From an uncultured delta proteobacterium (GTDB lineage: Bacteria > Desulfobacterota > WTBG01): a stretch of 64,000 bases of DNA. The notes under the pieces are model-generated. The model worked only from the letters and a program-made list of their open reading frames with translations. It was not told the origin of the DNA and ran no database searches. Below are positions 46,958 to 56,935 of the stretch, piece after piece; position 1 is the stretch's first letter, and each line of letters opens with the position of its first letter. The stretch is taken from NCBI GenBank assembly GCA_963793865.1, contig CAWCBP010000001.1:384001-448000 (forward strand), in the 5' to 3' direction. The translations under genes were made by a program, and so were the position numbers.

Positions 46958-48694
46958 TTAATAGAGAATATCCGAGCCGGTCATGAGAAAATGCTCAACG
47001 ACCGGCCCGAGAGAAAGCACCGGGAAGAAGGTCAAGGCACCGACAATGAGCACCGTTCCGATTAAGATGACCATAAAGGTAAGCCCTGCAACAGGAAGAC
47101 TTCCTTCGCTTGCAGGGATCATTTTTTTTCGGGCCATGTTTCCTGCCAGGGCAAGTACGGGCACAATCATGAAAAACCGCCCCAAGAGCATCCCCATCCC
47201 CAGCGTTGTATTAAACCATGCAGTGTTGGCGTTAAGTCCGGCAAAAGCGCTGCCGTTGTTGCCGGCTGCTGAAGTGAAGGCATACAGTATCTCGCTCAGG
47301 CCATGCGGCCCTCTGTTATTCAGGCCGGCTAATCCCCAATGACTTGTTGCGGCCCATGCACTAAACCCGAGGATACTGAAGATCAAGACAAGCATGGCCA
47401 GAACGCTCATCTTGACATCATAGGCCTCGATCTTTTTACCGAGATACTGTGGCGTGCGTCCCACCATCAGTCCGCATAAAAAAACGGCCAGCACCACAAA
47501 TACCAGCATCCCGTAAAGACCGGCGCCCACGCCACCGAATCCGATCTCGCCTAATTGAATATTTGCTAATGGGACTAATCCCCCCAGCGGGGTAAATGAA
47601 TCATGCATCGCGTTAACTGCACCGCACGAGGCATCGGTGGTTATTGTCGCAAAGAGGGCCGAATTGAAGATTCCAAAACGTACTTCTTTGCCCTCCATAT
47701 TCCCGTTCACCGGATCCACTCCCAGGGCATGCAGCCGGGGATTACCCGCTGTTTCTGCCCACCAGCACACCATAAAAGCCGTCAAAAAAAGCAGTAACAT
47801 GGATCCCCATATAACCCAGCCATGTCTCTGGTTTCTGACCGCCCGCCCGAGGTAATAGGTCAGGCCGCTCGGAATGAGAAAGATGGAGAGCATCTGAATA
47901 AAATTGCAAAGCGGTGTCGGATTTTCATAAGGATGGGAAGCGTTGGCGTTCATGAATCCCCCGCCATTAGTCCCGATCATTTTAATTGCCACCTGCGAGG
48001 CCATGGGACCTTGTGCAATCAACTGACTGCCGGCAGTCGCTTCTTTAATGCTGTGGTCAATGTGTGTGGCATGAACATAAGGCTGAAAGTTTTGCATCAT
48101 GCCCTGTGACACAAGGAATAGAGAATATATAAGGCAGATGGGCAGCAGCAGGTACAGGGTAACCCTGATGCTATCAACCCAGAAATTGCCTATGGTTTTC
48201 ATGCTCTGGCGTGCTATGCCGCGCACCAGGGCTGCCGCAACGGCTATGCCTGCTGCCGCGGAAATAAAATTATGAAGGGCAAGTCCTGCCATCTGCGAAA
48301 AGTAGGACAGGGTTGATTCCCCCCCGTAGCTCTGCCAGTTGGTGTTGGTGGTAAAACTGACTGCCGTGTTGAATGCAAGATCGGGGCTTGCAGGAGCAAA
48401 ACTTTGGGGATTAAGCGGTAAAAAATGCTGCAGGCGAAGAATGGCATAGGTGAACAGCAGGCTGACCAGACTGAAAGCAGAAAGAGAGAATGCGTATTGC
48501 TTCCAGGTTTGTTCTTTGGTGCTGTCTATGCCGAGAACCCGGTACAATAACCTCTCCAGCGGCTGCACCAGCGGGTCAATAAAGGTTTTGCCATTTGAGT
48601 CAAGAACGCTTACCAGATAGACACCCAGTGGTTTGGTAAATGCCAGCAGGATACCAACAAACAGGAATAGCTGGAGCCATCCGTACACATCCAT
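46958..48694 (-). CDS. kdpA: K+-transporting ATPase subunit A
   Basis: [31 protein letters not shown]. Confidence 0.98.
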   Translation of the reverse strand: MDVYGWLQLFLFVGILLAFTKPLGVYLVSVLDSNGKTFIDPLVQPLERLLYRVLGIDSTKEQTWKQYAFSLSAFSLVSLLFTYAILRLQHFLPLNPQSFAPASPDLAFNTAVSFTTNTNWQSYGGESTLSYFSQMAGLALHNFISAAAGIAVAAALVRGIARQSMKTIGNFWVDSIRVTLYLLLPICLIYSLFLVSQGMMQNFQPYVHATHIDHSIKEATAGSQLIAQGPMASQVAIKMIGTNGGGFMNANASHPYENPTPLCNFIQMLSIFLIPSGLTYYLGRAVRNQRHGWVIWGSMLLLFLTAFMVCWWAETAGNPRLHALGVDPVNGNMEGKEVRFGIFNSALFATITTDASCGAVNAMHDSFTPLGGLVPLANIQLGEIGFGGVGAGLYGMLVFVVLAVFLCGLMVGRTPQYLGKKIEAYDVKMSVLAMLVLIFSILGFSAWAATSHWGLAGLNNRGPHGLSEILYAFTSAAGNNGSAFAGLNANTAWFNTTLGMGMLLGRFFMIVPVLALAGNMARKKMIPASEGSLPVAGLTFMVILIGTVLIVGALTFFPVLSLGPVVEHFLMTGSDILY

Positions 48695-48709
48695 AGATAA
48701 ACTCCCGTG

Positions 48710-48793
48710 TTAAAATTTTTCCGGTCTGATGACAGTGATCAACAGATAGATGATCACCAGGAATCCTATCAGACCCGCGGTCATTGCAATCAT
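48710..48793 (-). CDS. kdpF: K+-transporting ATPase subunit F (27 aa)
   Basis: Translated by hand: MIAMTAGLIGFLVIIYLLITVIRPEKF, with the typical YL..PEKF end, directly upstream of kdpA. Confidence 0.9.
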   Translation of the reverse strand: MIAMTAGLIGFLVIIYLLITVIRPEKF

Positions 48794-48796
48794 TGG

Positions 48797-48880
48797 TTAC
48801 AACCTTTCGCAGAACAGGATGTACAGGAAGCACAATCCGAAGAAAACCATGACCATAAGCACATAGAGCAGGTCACTCAT
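48797..48880 (-). CDS. Second small hydrophobic kdp-associated peptide (27 aa)
   Basis: MSDLLYVLMVMVFFGLCFLYILFCERL, with a GGAG RBS; its stop lies 3 bp before the kdpF start. Confidence 0.72.
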   Translation of the reverse strand: MSDLLYVLMVMVFFGLCFLYILFCERL

Positions 48881-50727
48881 TTTTGCTCCCTTCCTGCGCA
48901 ATCGCGTCAGCTCGTCTCAGGGTAAATGTGAATCTGCTTCCCTTCCCATCACTGCTTTCCACCGAGATGGTTCCGCCATGGGCTTCCACAATCTCTTTGG
49001 CGATGGCGAGCCCCAGCCCGGCTCCGGTTTCGGACGCATCGCCCGGAACGCGGAAAAACTGATCAAAAACTTTATCCAGATACTGCCGGGGGATACCCCT
49101 GCCGGTGTCGGCAATCGAAAAGCTGACCCATTCCTTGAATCCCTGTGCGGCAAGCGTCACGCTGCCGCCCGGTGCGGTATATTTGAGCGCATTGGATAGC
49201 AGGTTGGAAAAGACATGATCAATGCGTATCCGGTCGGCCCACACCTCCGGCAGATCATCCGGCACCTCGATGGTGAGACGGACGCCGTGATCCTTGCAAG
49301 CGCTCTGGAACGGTTCCACTGCCTGCAGCGCCAGTGCCATCGGTGATATGGCACGGCAGTCCATCTGCGCCCGTCCCGATTCAATCCTGCTGATATCGAG
49401 CAGATCTTCAACAATGGCGTGTAATCGGTCGCTGTCGTCCCGCGCGGCAATTAACAGCTCTGCCTGCTTGTCGGTCAGCGACCCTGCTTTTTCTTCAAGC
49501 AGCAGATGAATGGCCATGCGGATGGAGGTGAGGGGTGTCTTCAACTGGTGGGACACGGTTGCGATTAATCCCTTCTTCATGTCATCCTGCTGTTGCATCC
49601 GGGTTATGTCTTCAAAAATAAGTACGATGCCGACGGGCTGTCGCTCATTGTCCAGGATCGGTACCGCCCTGGGACGAAAAAACCGCTCCTCACCCTTTAC
49701 GAACTGCTGGATAATGGCGTACTCGTTTTTCCCCTCCAACGGCACGGCCGCTGTTGAGCGCGCTGCCGTATAATGCAGACATCCATTGAAAGGGGACATC
49801 CTGTATCTTTCTCCGGGGCTTAAGCCCGAATGTTTCCCGGGCTGTTTCGGTTGCCACCTCAATCGTTCCCTCCAAATCAATTAACGCCACAGAATCAGGG
49901 AGGCTGTTGAATGCCGTTTGCGTCGAACGCTGAACTCGTACCAGCTTTGCCTGATCGCTGCGGCGGAATTCACGAAGACCGGCGGTCATCTTGTTAAATG
50001 CCTCCGAGAGCCGCCCGATTTCATCCCGGGAGTTGCTCTGAATAAACAGTTCCAGATTGCCGCGCGTGACCTGGTCGGTGAAATCGATCAGCCTGGTAAT
50101 CGGCCGCAATATCCACCCGCCGGTAAAATAAATGAAAACAATGGCAACGGTGGCGCCGGTGAGCAAAAGGTAGTACATCCGCTGTCGCGCTGATGCCGCT
50201 TTTGCCCGCGCCCGGTCATTGGCCTCACTCATGTTCTCCTGGTTCATGTGTATGACATCGTCTGCCGACTCCCGTATCTGCTCATAAAAAGGCAGCAGCC
50301 TGGCAAAATAAACATCGCGCCCGGCGTCGAAGGTTACGCCGGCACTTCTTATCTGCCGCAGTGTTGCCCGGTACTGTTCAAACGCGCTTTTGATAAAACC
50401 GGCTTTTTCTCCTTCATCGGGGAGGGTGATGTTGTTTAATTCAATCTGCAGCGCTTTTTCGAAATCCATTTCGTTTTTTGCAATCTGCTCTTCACCCATA
50501 TCCCGATAACCGAGCATGATGAAAAGCGCCCCGGTATCCATTCGCTGCAGGGCTTCCTTCATCTGCTGGCATGCAATAACGCTCCGGTAATTTTCGCGGA
50601 GAATAACATCGATGGATTGCTCCAGGTGCGCCAGCTCTCGAATGCTTTGGATGCCGATGAGCACAATGATAAAGAGCAGACCACCAAAGCCAAGAATCAA
50701 TTTTTGACGAAGGCCGATCATATGCAC
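48873..50727 (-). CDS. Sensor histidine kinase (four-helix sensor, HAMP, PAS, HisKA, HATPase), frameshifted near 49740
   Basis: ORF 49690..50727 has two TMs and HAMP (DEIGRLSEAFNKM); ORF 48873..49880 has SHQLKTPLT, NALKY, DTGRGI, GLGLAI. Confidence 0.9.
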
Positions 50728-50746
50728 TCCTCAGTGATACGATGTA

Positions 50747-50762
50747 TTCAAAGATTGTGCCA
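50747..50762 (-). promoter_or_regulatory. Candidate sigma-54 (-24/-12) promoter for the kinase-kdp operon
   Basis: Minus strand reads TGGCACAATCTTTGAA: GG-N10-GA, correct spacing with a C-to-A deviation at -12. Confidence 0.62.
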
Positions 50763-50825
50763 CGGGGGATCATTGGAAACGGCTTGAATACTATGGATTA
50801 TTTTACGGGGCATCGGGGAGGGGTT

Positions 50826-50870
50826 TTGTATTTTGCAAGGAAACGTTTCTGACAGCCTTGCAGATTGCAA
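50826..50870. promoter_or_regulatory. Two palindromic candidate enhancer (UAS) sites
   Basis: TTGTA-TTT-TGCAA (50826-50838) and TTGCA-GAT-TGCAA (50858-50870), starting 32 bp apart. Confidence 0.55.
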
Positions 50871-50906
50871 AGCTCACTATGAGTGGAAAGGGATTGGGGC
50901 ACGATG

Positions 50907-52262
50907 TTAGATTCCGTACTGCTTGCGACGCCGCCAGAGTGTGGCCTGGTCGATGCCGAGAATATCAGCGGCCTCCTGCAATGATTTTGCCGAAGCCAGC
51001 ACACGCCGGATGTGCTGTTCCTCAATGGTTTCCAGGTCAACCGGATCACCCAGCTGGGTAACCGCTAGTCGAGGGCGCAAGGAGTCAGGAAGATGCTCGA
51101 TGCCCACACGATCTCCCCGGCACATAATTGCAGCATGCTCAACAATGTTGCGCAGCTCCCGTATATTTCCGGGCCAGACATGGTTTCTCATGGCATTGAG
51201 CGCCTCTTCGCTGAAGCCCAGGAATTGCCGGTGATTTGCCCTGCCGAAAAATTGCAAGAGACGTTCCGCCAGCGGGATAATGTCATCCTGGCGCTCGCGC
51301 AGGGGAGGCAGTATAATTTGAATCACATTGAGCCGATAGAAAAGGTCTTCCCGAAACCGGCCATCCCGCACAGCCTTTTCCAGATCTATATTAGTTGCGG
51401 CCATAACCCGCACGTCTGCCCTGCGGGTTATGGAGTCGCCGATCCGTTCATATTCATGATCCTGGATAAAGCGCAGCAGTTTAGGCTGAAGCAGCAGCGG
51501 CAGGTCTCCTATTTCATCCAGCAGCAGCGTACCCCCTTCGCACGCGGCAATGCGTCCGGGACTATCATGGTCGGCTCCGGTAAAGGCCCCCTTGAGATGG
51601 CCGAACAATTCGCTTTCCAGCAACTCTGAGGGAATGGAAGGACAGGAAATATTGCTGAAGGGTTTCTTGGCGCGGCCGCTCCAGAGATGGATCATCCGGG
51701 CCAAAACAGTTTTGCCGGTGCCGTTTTCCCCTCTGAGCAGGATTGTGGCATCTGTGGCTGCAACCTGCTTGGCCATGCCCAGCACCCGCTGCATGGCAGC
51801 GCTTTGAGTCGAAAAATCGATTTCAGGATTCGCCCTCCCCAGGTCCTCCTTGAGAATAGCTATCTTTTGCTCCAAGGTGCATACTTCAACCACTTTTTGA
51901 ACTGCAAGTTTTACCTGGGAGGGAGTGAACGGCTTGGGTATGTAATCAGTGGCTCCCCGGCGCATGGCCTCCACCGCCGTGTCAATAGAGGCATAGGCAG
52001 TTATAATGATTATCTTAAGCCACGGCGTTATGACCTTTAACCGGGTAATCAAGTCAAGTCCGCTGGCCGTGCCCAGGCGGAGATCAACAAAAGCCGCATC
52101 AAAGCTTCTTCGCGATGCTTCCGCGACGGCATCCTGAAAATTGCTTACTGAAATAACCCGGTGTCCTTCTGCTTCAAGGCAGAACGATAACGTTTTGCGA
52201 ATATTTGCCTCGTCATCGACAACCAGGACATGTAAGGACATGGTTCCGGCCGGCTCACTCAT
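50907..52262 (-). CDS. Sigma-54-dependent response regulator (NtrC family)
   Basis: Receiver domain (VVDDE, FVDLRL, KPF), GENGTGKT, ESELFGHLKGAFTGA, WPGNIREL, Fis-type HTH. Confidence 0.96.
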   Translation of the reverse strand: MSEPAGTMSLHVLVVDDEANIRKTLSFCLEAEGHRVISVSNFQDAVAEASRRSFDAAFVDLRLGTASGLDLITRLKVITPWLKIIIITAYASIDTAVEAMRRGATDYIPKPFTPSQVKLAVQKVVEVCTLEQKIAILKEDLGRANPEIDFSTQSAAMQRVLGMAKQVAATDATILLRGENGTGKTVLARMIHLWSGRAKKPFSNISCPSIPSELLESELFGHLKGAFTGADHDSPGRIAACEGGTLLLDEIGDLPLLLQPKLLRFIQDHEYERIGDSITRRADVRVMAATNIDLEKAVRDGRFREDLFYRLNVIQIILPPLRERQDDIIPLAERLLQFFGRANHRQFLGFSEEALNAMRNHVWPGNIRELRNIVEHAAIMCRGDRVGIEHLPDSLRPRLAVTQLGDPVDLETIEEQHIRRVLASAKSLQEAADILGIDQATLWRRRKQYGI

Positions 52263-52435
52263 CGTTCGGTCCTTCTGCTCGAATGTGCGGTTACTGTTTC
52301 AATTCACTCTGCTCGAATGATCTCTTGTGGCGATGTGACTTTTTAGCGTCAATGTTACTATCATTTTCTTCATTTGTAAAAATAAAACTCTCGTGCTATG
52401 GTCTGCATGGCAAACAGCCTACAGGGAGGTATCAC

Positions 52436-52978
52436 ATGGCGGTACATGAAATAACCGAGGAGCAGCGGGACAGAATCGTTGAAAGAATGATTAACGTGCT
52501 CGGCCTGGAACGGAAGCATCCGACGAAACAGGAGCTGGAGGAGGAGATTATCGACTACCTGGGCAAGAAGCACCCCTGCGCCCTGGGTACCTGCGGCAAG
52601 GACGGGATACCGCGCATCTCCATGGTCGACTACATGAACGATGGCCTTACCTTATACATTTTGAGCGAGGGGGGAGACAAGTTCAAAAACATCCGGGAGA
52701 ACAATCGGGTTGCCGTGGGCATCGGCACTTCAACGCACACCATGCGCTCGGTGAGGGGGGTCAACATGTGGGGGACGGCGGACATCTTCACCGATGACAC
52801 ACCGGAGTTCGCCACAGCCCTGCAGCTTTTTAAGCCCTTCCTTGATGATATCGCAAAGCTCACCGGGAAGCCGCCGCAGCTTCCTCCCGGCGTGATGAAG
52901 GTGATCCGCGTGACTCCCGCGAGGATGATCTACTTCCATTACAACAAGGGCATCGGGAACGAGCTGTGGGAGGCGTAG
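52436..52978 (+). CDS. Pyridoxamine 5'-phosphate oxidase-like split beta-barrel protein
   Basis: GGAGG RBS; CALGTCGKDGIPRIS, LYILSEGGDKFKNIRENNRVAV, GVNMWGTA. Confidence 0.85.
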   Translation: MAVHEITEEQRDRIVERMINVLGLERKHPTKQELEEEIIDYLGKKHPCALGTCGKDGIPRISMVDYMNDGLTLYILSEGGDKFKNIRENNRVAVGIGTSTHTMRSVRGVNMWGTADIFTDDTPEFATALQLFKPFLDDIAKLTGKPPQLPPGVMKVIRVTPARMIYFHYNKGIGNELWEA

Positions 52979-53214
52979 GGAGAGGGACGTTCAGGGAATA
53001 TGATTTCGAGATGATCTGCATGGACTTGTGGTTTATTTCAAGGAAAAGATCAACATTGCACATCGCAACTTCCAACATCCAAGTCGAATGAAGAAAACAG
53101 TGTCTTTTTCGTTGGAATTTGACGTTAGTTTCGGATTTGATTCTGGACGTGCAGATGCTTCTAATCTGTCGACTGCAAACTGAAAACTGTCAACTAAGCT
53201 AAAGGAGGCGACCC

Positions 53215-54003
53215 ATGACCGTCAACCGAAACGACGTTGTAACCTTTCTTACCGAGGTGAACAGCCGCTTTGAACAATTCTGCGCGCGGTTCAACCCGGG
53301 TGGCAGGGTTGATAAAAAGTCATGGGACACACCCATGGGCAGGCTGGACGCGGTGAGATCATCGGGGGTGGTTTTTGAAAAGGCGGCCTCAATTTTCTGC
53401 GATCTTACCATCGAGACCCCGCCGGTGCTCGCTGAAAAGATCGGCCAGAAAGGCAGCCGGGCCGAGGCGTTTGTGCTGGAGATCAATTGTTACCCGGTAA
53501 ATCCGCACATTCCCCGCGGCTACATGGAGCTGAGGGCCAATATAACCGACACCATAGTTTTCGCCGGGGGGACGGACATCTTTCCTTATTTCCCGGTGGA
53601 AGAGGACGCGGCCTTTTTTGCCGGGGGCATGAAGGAGCTTTGCCATGAGCATGGGCAGGATTACGAAAAACTGAGAAAAACCAGGGCTGATTTCTTTGTA
53701 TCAAAATTCAGAAATGAAAACGTGGGGAGCCACGCGGGGATATACGCCTTCCATCTCGAGGCGCGGGAGTTCCCCTTTTTTAAGGATATGGCGGAATATT
53801 TTTTCAGGCTCTATGGCATGCTGGTGGAGGCGGGCGGGAAAAGAAGCTTCACCGCCGAGGAGCAGCGGCGCATGCGGGAGATTCACGGGGTGTGGGTGGA
53901 ATGGGTTTTGCTCGAGGATGCGGGGACCAGGTACGGTCTGGAAAAAGGGATACCACCTGATGCCCTGCTCGGAACGATCCTCCCGCCTCAGGCGACCTTT
54001 TAA
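53215..54003 (+). CDS. Divergent HemF (coproporphyrinogen III oxidase)-like protein
   Basis: GVVFEKA, PVNPHIP, FAGGTDIFP and WVEWVLLEDAGTRYGL align by eye with HemF motifs (GxVFEKA, NPxxPTxH, FGGGxDLTP, YVEFNLxxDRGTxFGL). Confidence 0.7.
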   Translation: MTVNRNDVVTFLTEVNSRFEQFCARFNPGGRVDKKSWDTPMGRLDAVRSSGVVFEKAASIFCDLTIETPPVLAEKIGQKGSRAEAFVLEINCYPVNPHIPRGYMELRANITDTIVFAGGTDIFPYFPVEEDAAFFAGGMKELCHEHGQDYEKLRKTRADFFVSKFRNENVGSHAGIYAFHLEAREFPFFKDMAEYFFRLYGMLVEAGGKRSFTAEEQRRMREIHGVWVEWVLLEDAGTRYGLEKGIPPDALLGTILPPQATF

Positions 54004-54020
54004 ATGGGGGAGGAGCGGCG

Positions 54021-55982
54021 ATGAAAAATGTGCGGCCTTTCAAATATTACGGCTGGCGGGGCAAAATACTGCAGGTTGACCTGACCGCTTCGAAGCTGTG
54101 GGTGGAGGATTTTCCGGAGGATCTGACCGGCGATTACACAGGGGGCGCGGGGGTAAACGCCCGGCTCTTTTACGACCTGGTGCGCGGCAATCCCGACCTG
54201 GATCCCCTGTCGCCCGACAACCCGCTCATCTTCGGGTGCGGACCGGTGGTGGGCACCTCCTTTCCCTGCGCCACGCGCTTCACCGTCACCGCCAAAAGCC
54301 CGCTCACCAGGCTGTTCGGTGATTCCAATGCCGGCGGCTATTTTGCGGTGCGGATGAAGAAGGCGGGATATGATCACATCGTTTTGCGCGGGAAGGCTGA
54401 GCGTCCCTCCGCGCTGCTGATCCAACAGGACGGGGAAGCCCGGCTTGTTGACGCATCGTCATGGTGGGGCCTTGATACCTACAGCGCTGATGAGCGGATC
54501 CTGGAGGCGTACGGTGACTGCGAAACCGCCCGCATCGGGCCCGCCGGAGAACATCTGGTGAGGTACGCCAATATTTTTTCCGGGACAAAGCGGGTGAGCG
54601 CCAATGGCCGGGCGGGCATGGGATGTGTCATGGGTTCGAAAAACCTGAAGGCCGTCATCGTGCAAGGCGACGGGACGGTTCCGGCAGCCCACCCGCGAAA
54701 GCTCAGCGCCCTGGCCAAGCGATATCAGGAGATATGGGGCAAGGGACCTTCAACCATGGTTCAGAAGGAGTTCGGGACCCTGATGCTCATTGCCCAGATC
54801 GGACTCGAGACCTCGACGCGCAATGACCAGGGACGGATTACCCCCGAGGGGCTTGACGCCTACGATCTGGAAAAATTCTTAAGCATCTACAAAAGCGGGA
54901 AATCGGCCTGCTACCGCTGTCCCGTCGGCTGCTCTCAAAAATGGAAAATACCCGAGGGACGGTTTCAGGGGGAGGAAGGCGATAAGATCGAGTTCGGCCA
55001 CTACGTAAGCCTGGGACCGCAGCTGGGCATCTTTGATTTTCCCTCCCTGCTGCACGTGGCCGACCTTTCCAACAAACTGGGCATGGACTGCACCCAGCTC
55101 GGCTGGAACCTTTCCATGGCCATGGAGTGCTTCCAACGGGGAATTATCGGCAGTGAGGAAACCGGCGGGGTGGATCTTACATGGGGTGATGTGAACGGGG
55201 TGTGTGATCTCATGCAGCAAATCGCCCGCCGGGAGGGATTCGGGCGGGTGCTGGCCGACAGCATCCCGGACATGATCGAGCAGTGGGGACCGGAATCGGA
55301 ACCCTACGGATTTCACACCAAGGGAATGACCTTTCCCTACAACCGCCATGCGGTGATGGCCATGAATCTTGCCTCGTCGGTGGCGGCGCGGGGGGCGGAC
55401 CACATGAAGGGCCACCCCTTCTCAGCCCTCACCGGCGCGCGGGACATGCTGGAGCGCATTTTCGGCAGGGACATTCCCGACGAGATGACGGACAGCAAAA
55501 GCCCGGTCGGGAAGGGCCGCGCGGTCTGGTGGCATGAGAATTACAAGATGGCCATGGATTCGCTGGGCCTGTGCTTTATCCCGATGGCGGGAACCACCAT
55601 TTATGGCGATCCCATGATCCTCTTCGAAGAGATGGGGGAAATCTACCAGGCGGTGACCGGCATGGATCCCGGAACGCTCTTTGAGTCAGCCGAGCGGGCG
55701 AACCAGGTTGAGCGCTGCTACAACACGCTGCTGGGCGTCAGCAGGAAGGATGACCGGAGAAAGGGCACGACCCGCGGCGAGGAGGATCCCATCGATCATC
55801 CCGGCATGCTCGATGAATATTATTTCTACCGGGGGTGCTCGAAGGAGGGCAGGCCCACCCGCAGCAGGCTGCGCGAGCTGGGCCTCGAGGATGTGATCGG
55901 GGACCTTGAGAAGCGCGGTTTTCTCGAGGAGCTTGATGCCCCGGCGATTACCGAGCTGGTGGCCCCGGCAGGTTCCGACTGA
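54021..55982 (+). CDS. Aldehyde:ferredoxin oxidoreductase family (W/Mo-bis-pterin) protein 1
   Basis: KILQVDLT, KSPLT, AGYD, IGPAGE, GRAGMGCVMGSKNLKA, CYRCPVGC, GMD, RGADH, DSLGLC. Confidence 0.92.
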   Translation: MKNVRPFKYYGWRGKILQVDLTASKLWVEDFPEDLTGDYTGGAGVNARLFYDLVRGNPDLDPLSPDNPLIFGCGPVVGTSFPCATRFTVTAKSPLTRLFGDSNAGGYFAVRMKKAGYDHIVLRGKAERPSALLIQQDGEARLVDASSWWGLDTYSADERILEAYGDCETARIGPAGEHLVRYANIFSGTKRVSANGRAGMGCVMGSKNLKAVIVQGDGTVPAAHPRKLSALAKRYQEIWGKGPSTMVQKEFGTLMLIAQIGLETSTRNDQGRITPEGLDAYDLEKFLSIYKSGKSACYRCPVGCSQKWKIPEGRFQGEEGDKIEFGHYVSLGPQLGIFDFPSLLHVADLSNKLGMDCTQLGWNLSMAMECFQRGIIGSEETGGVDLTWGDVNGVCDLMQQIARREGFGRVLADSIPDMIEQWGPESEPYGFHTKGMTFPYNRHAVMAMNLASSVAARGADHMKGHPFSALTGARDMLERIFGRDIPDEMTDSKSPVGKGRAVWWHENYKMAMDSLGLCFIPMAGTTIYGDPMILFEEMGEIYQAVTGMDPGTLFESAERANQVERCYNTLLGVSRKDDRRKGTTRGEEDPIDHPGMLDEYYFYRGCSKEGRPTRSRLRELGLEDVIGDLEKRGFLEELDAPAITELVAPAGSD

Positions 55983-56006
55983 CAGGAGCGGCGGACCGCG
56001 CGCTCA

Positions 56007-56714
56007 TCAGAAGAGCAGCCCCAGGATTTTCCGGGCCTTCTCCTCGCCGAGCGCCTTGCGCAGCGGTCCCTCGCCGGGATCGTTTTCCATCATGATCCTG
56101 AGCATGTCCCGCTTTCTGCCGTTTAAGGCCTTCATGTAATCGGGATCCGCTTTTCCCGCCTCCGACCAAAACTTTATAAAGAGCTTCAAATAATCAACGG
56201 TGATATCCAGCGCCCTCGCTTCGATGTTTTCCACATCATACTTGATCTTTCCGTAGGCGTAAAAGGGAGAGAGCATTACCCGCTGCCAGAGGTAGCGCTC
56301 CGTCCCCATGCCCTCAATGTCCCTGTACTTTTTCCAGAGCTCTTCCATGGGCGCCATGTACTTATCGAGGTAGTCCATGTCACGGCCGCAGTCGGCGAGG
56401 GGGATGAGGTCCGTCCGCAGGCTTAAGTGATTGACCGCCTGGACAATCTCCGAGGTGAACAGGGGAAAGGGATACTCGTCGGCGGGAACAATGGTGGTGC
56501 CGTAGACGATGATTTTGCCGCCCATGATGTCCGCCTTGATGGTCACGATCTTGTCAAGCTTATCGGCTTCAAAACAGCGCATGGTATGCACCATCATGTC
56601 GGTTTCGATCTCGGCAAACCCGGTGATGTCATCACCGCGGTAGGATTGCATGGGCCGGGGATTGATCGGCTGCAAGGTTTCGATGATGCGCTCAAAGTAA
56701 GGAATGGCTTGCAT
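56007..56714 (-). CDS. Ferredoxin-dependent bilin reductase / RCC-reductase-like protein 1
   Basis: 235 aa; IVPADEYPFPLF, DLIPL..DYLDKY, RVMLSPF, YLKLF, NDPGEGPLRKALGEEKA resemble the FDBR/RCCR motif order. Confidence 0.65.
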   Translation of the reverse strand: MQAIPYFERIIETLQPINPRPMQSYRGDDITGFAEIETDMMVHTMRCFEADKLDKIVTIKADIMGGKIIVYGTTIVPADEYPFPLFTSEIVQAVNHLSLRTDLIPLADCGRDMDYLDKYMAPMEELWKKYRDIEGMGTERYLWQRVMLSPFYAYGKIKYDVENIEARALDITVDYLKLFIKFWSEAGKADPDYMKALNGRKRDMLRIMMENDPGEGPLRKALGEEKARKILGLLF

Positions 56715-56767
56715 AAAGGGCTCCTTTGCGTTTTATAGCGCGTTATCTGCCGGGAGATCTGGGGTTC

Positions 56768-56917
56768 AAACGTCCAACATCGAACGTCCAACGTTCAACT
56801 TTCAATGAGAAAACACGTGCTCTTGGTTCGACGTTGGAAGTTGAATGTTCAACGTTCATCGTTTTGTTTTGTTCATTCGACGTTGGATGTTGGAAGTTGA
56901 ATGTTCAACGTTCATCG
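56768..56917. repeat. Heptamer array with two inverted partner arrays
   Basis: AACGTCCAACATCGAACGTCCAACGTTCAAC followed twice by TTCGACGTTGGA..GTTGAATGTTCAACGTTCATCGTTT. Confidence 0.85.
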
Positions 56918-56935
56918 TTTCCGATAAAGGCCTGT

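Noticed and set aside
54021..55982. BamB-type class II benzoyl-CoA reductase
   Set aside because: No bamC-I or other benzoate pathway genes in the window, and the sequence follows general AOR motifs as far as I can judge by eye.
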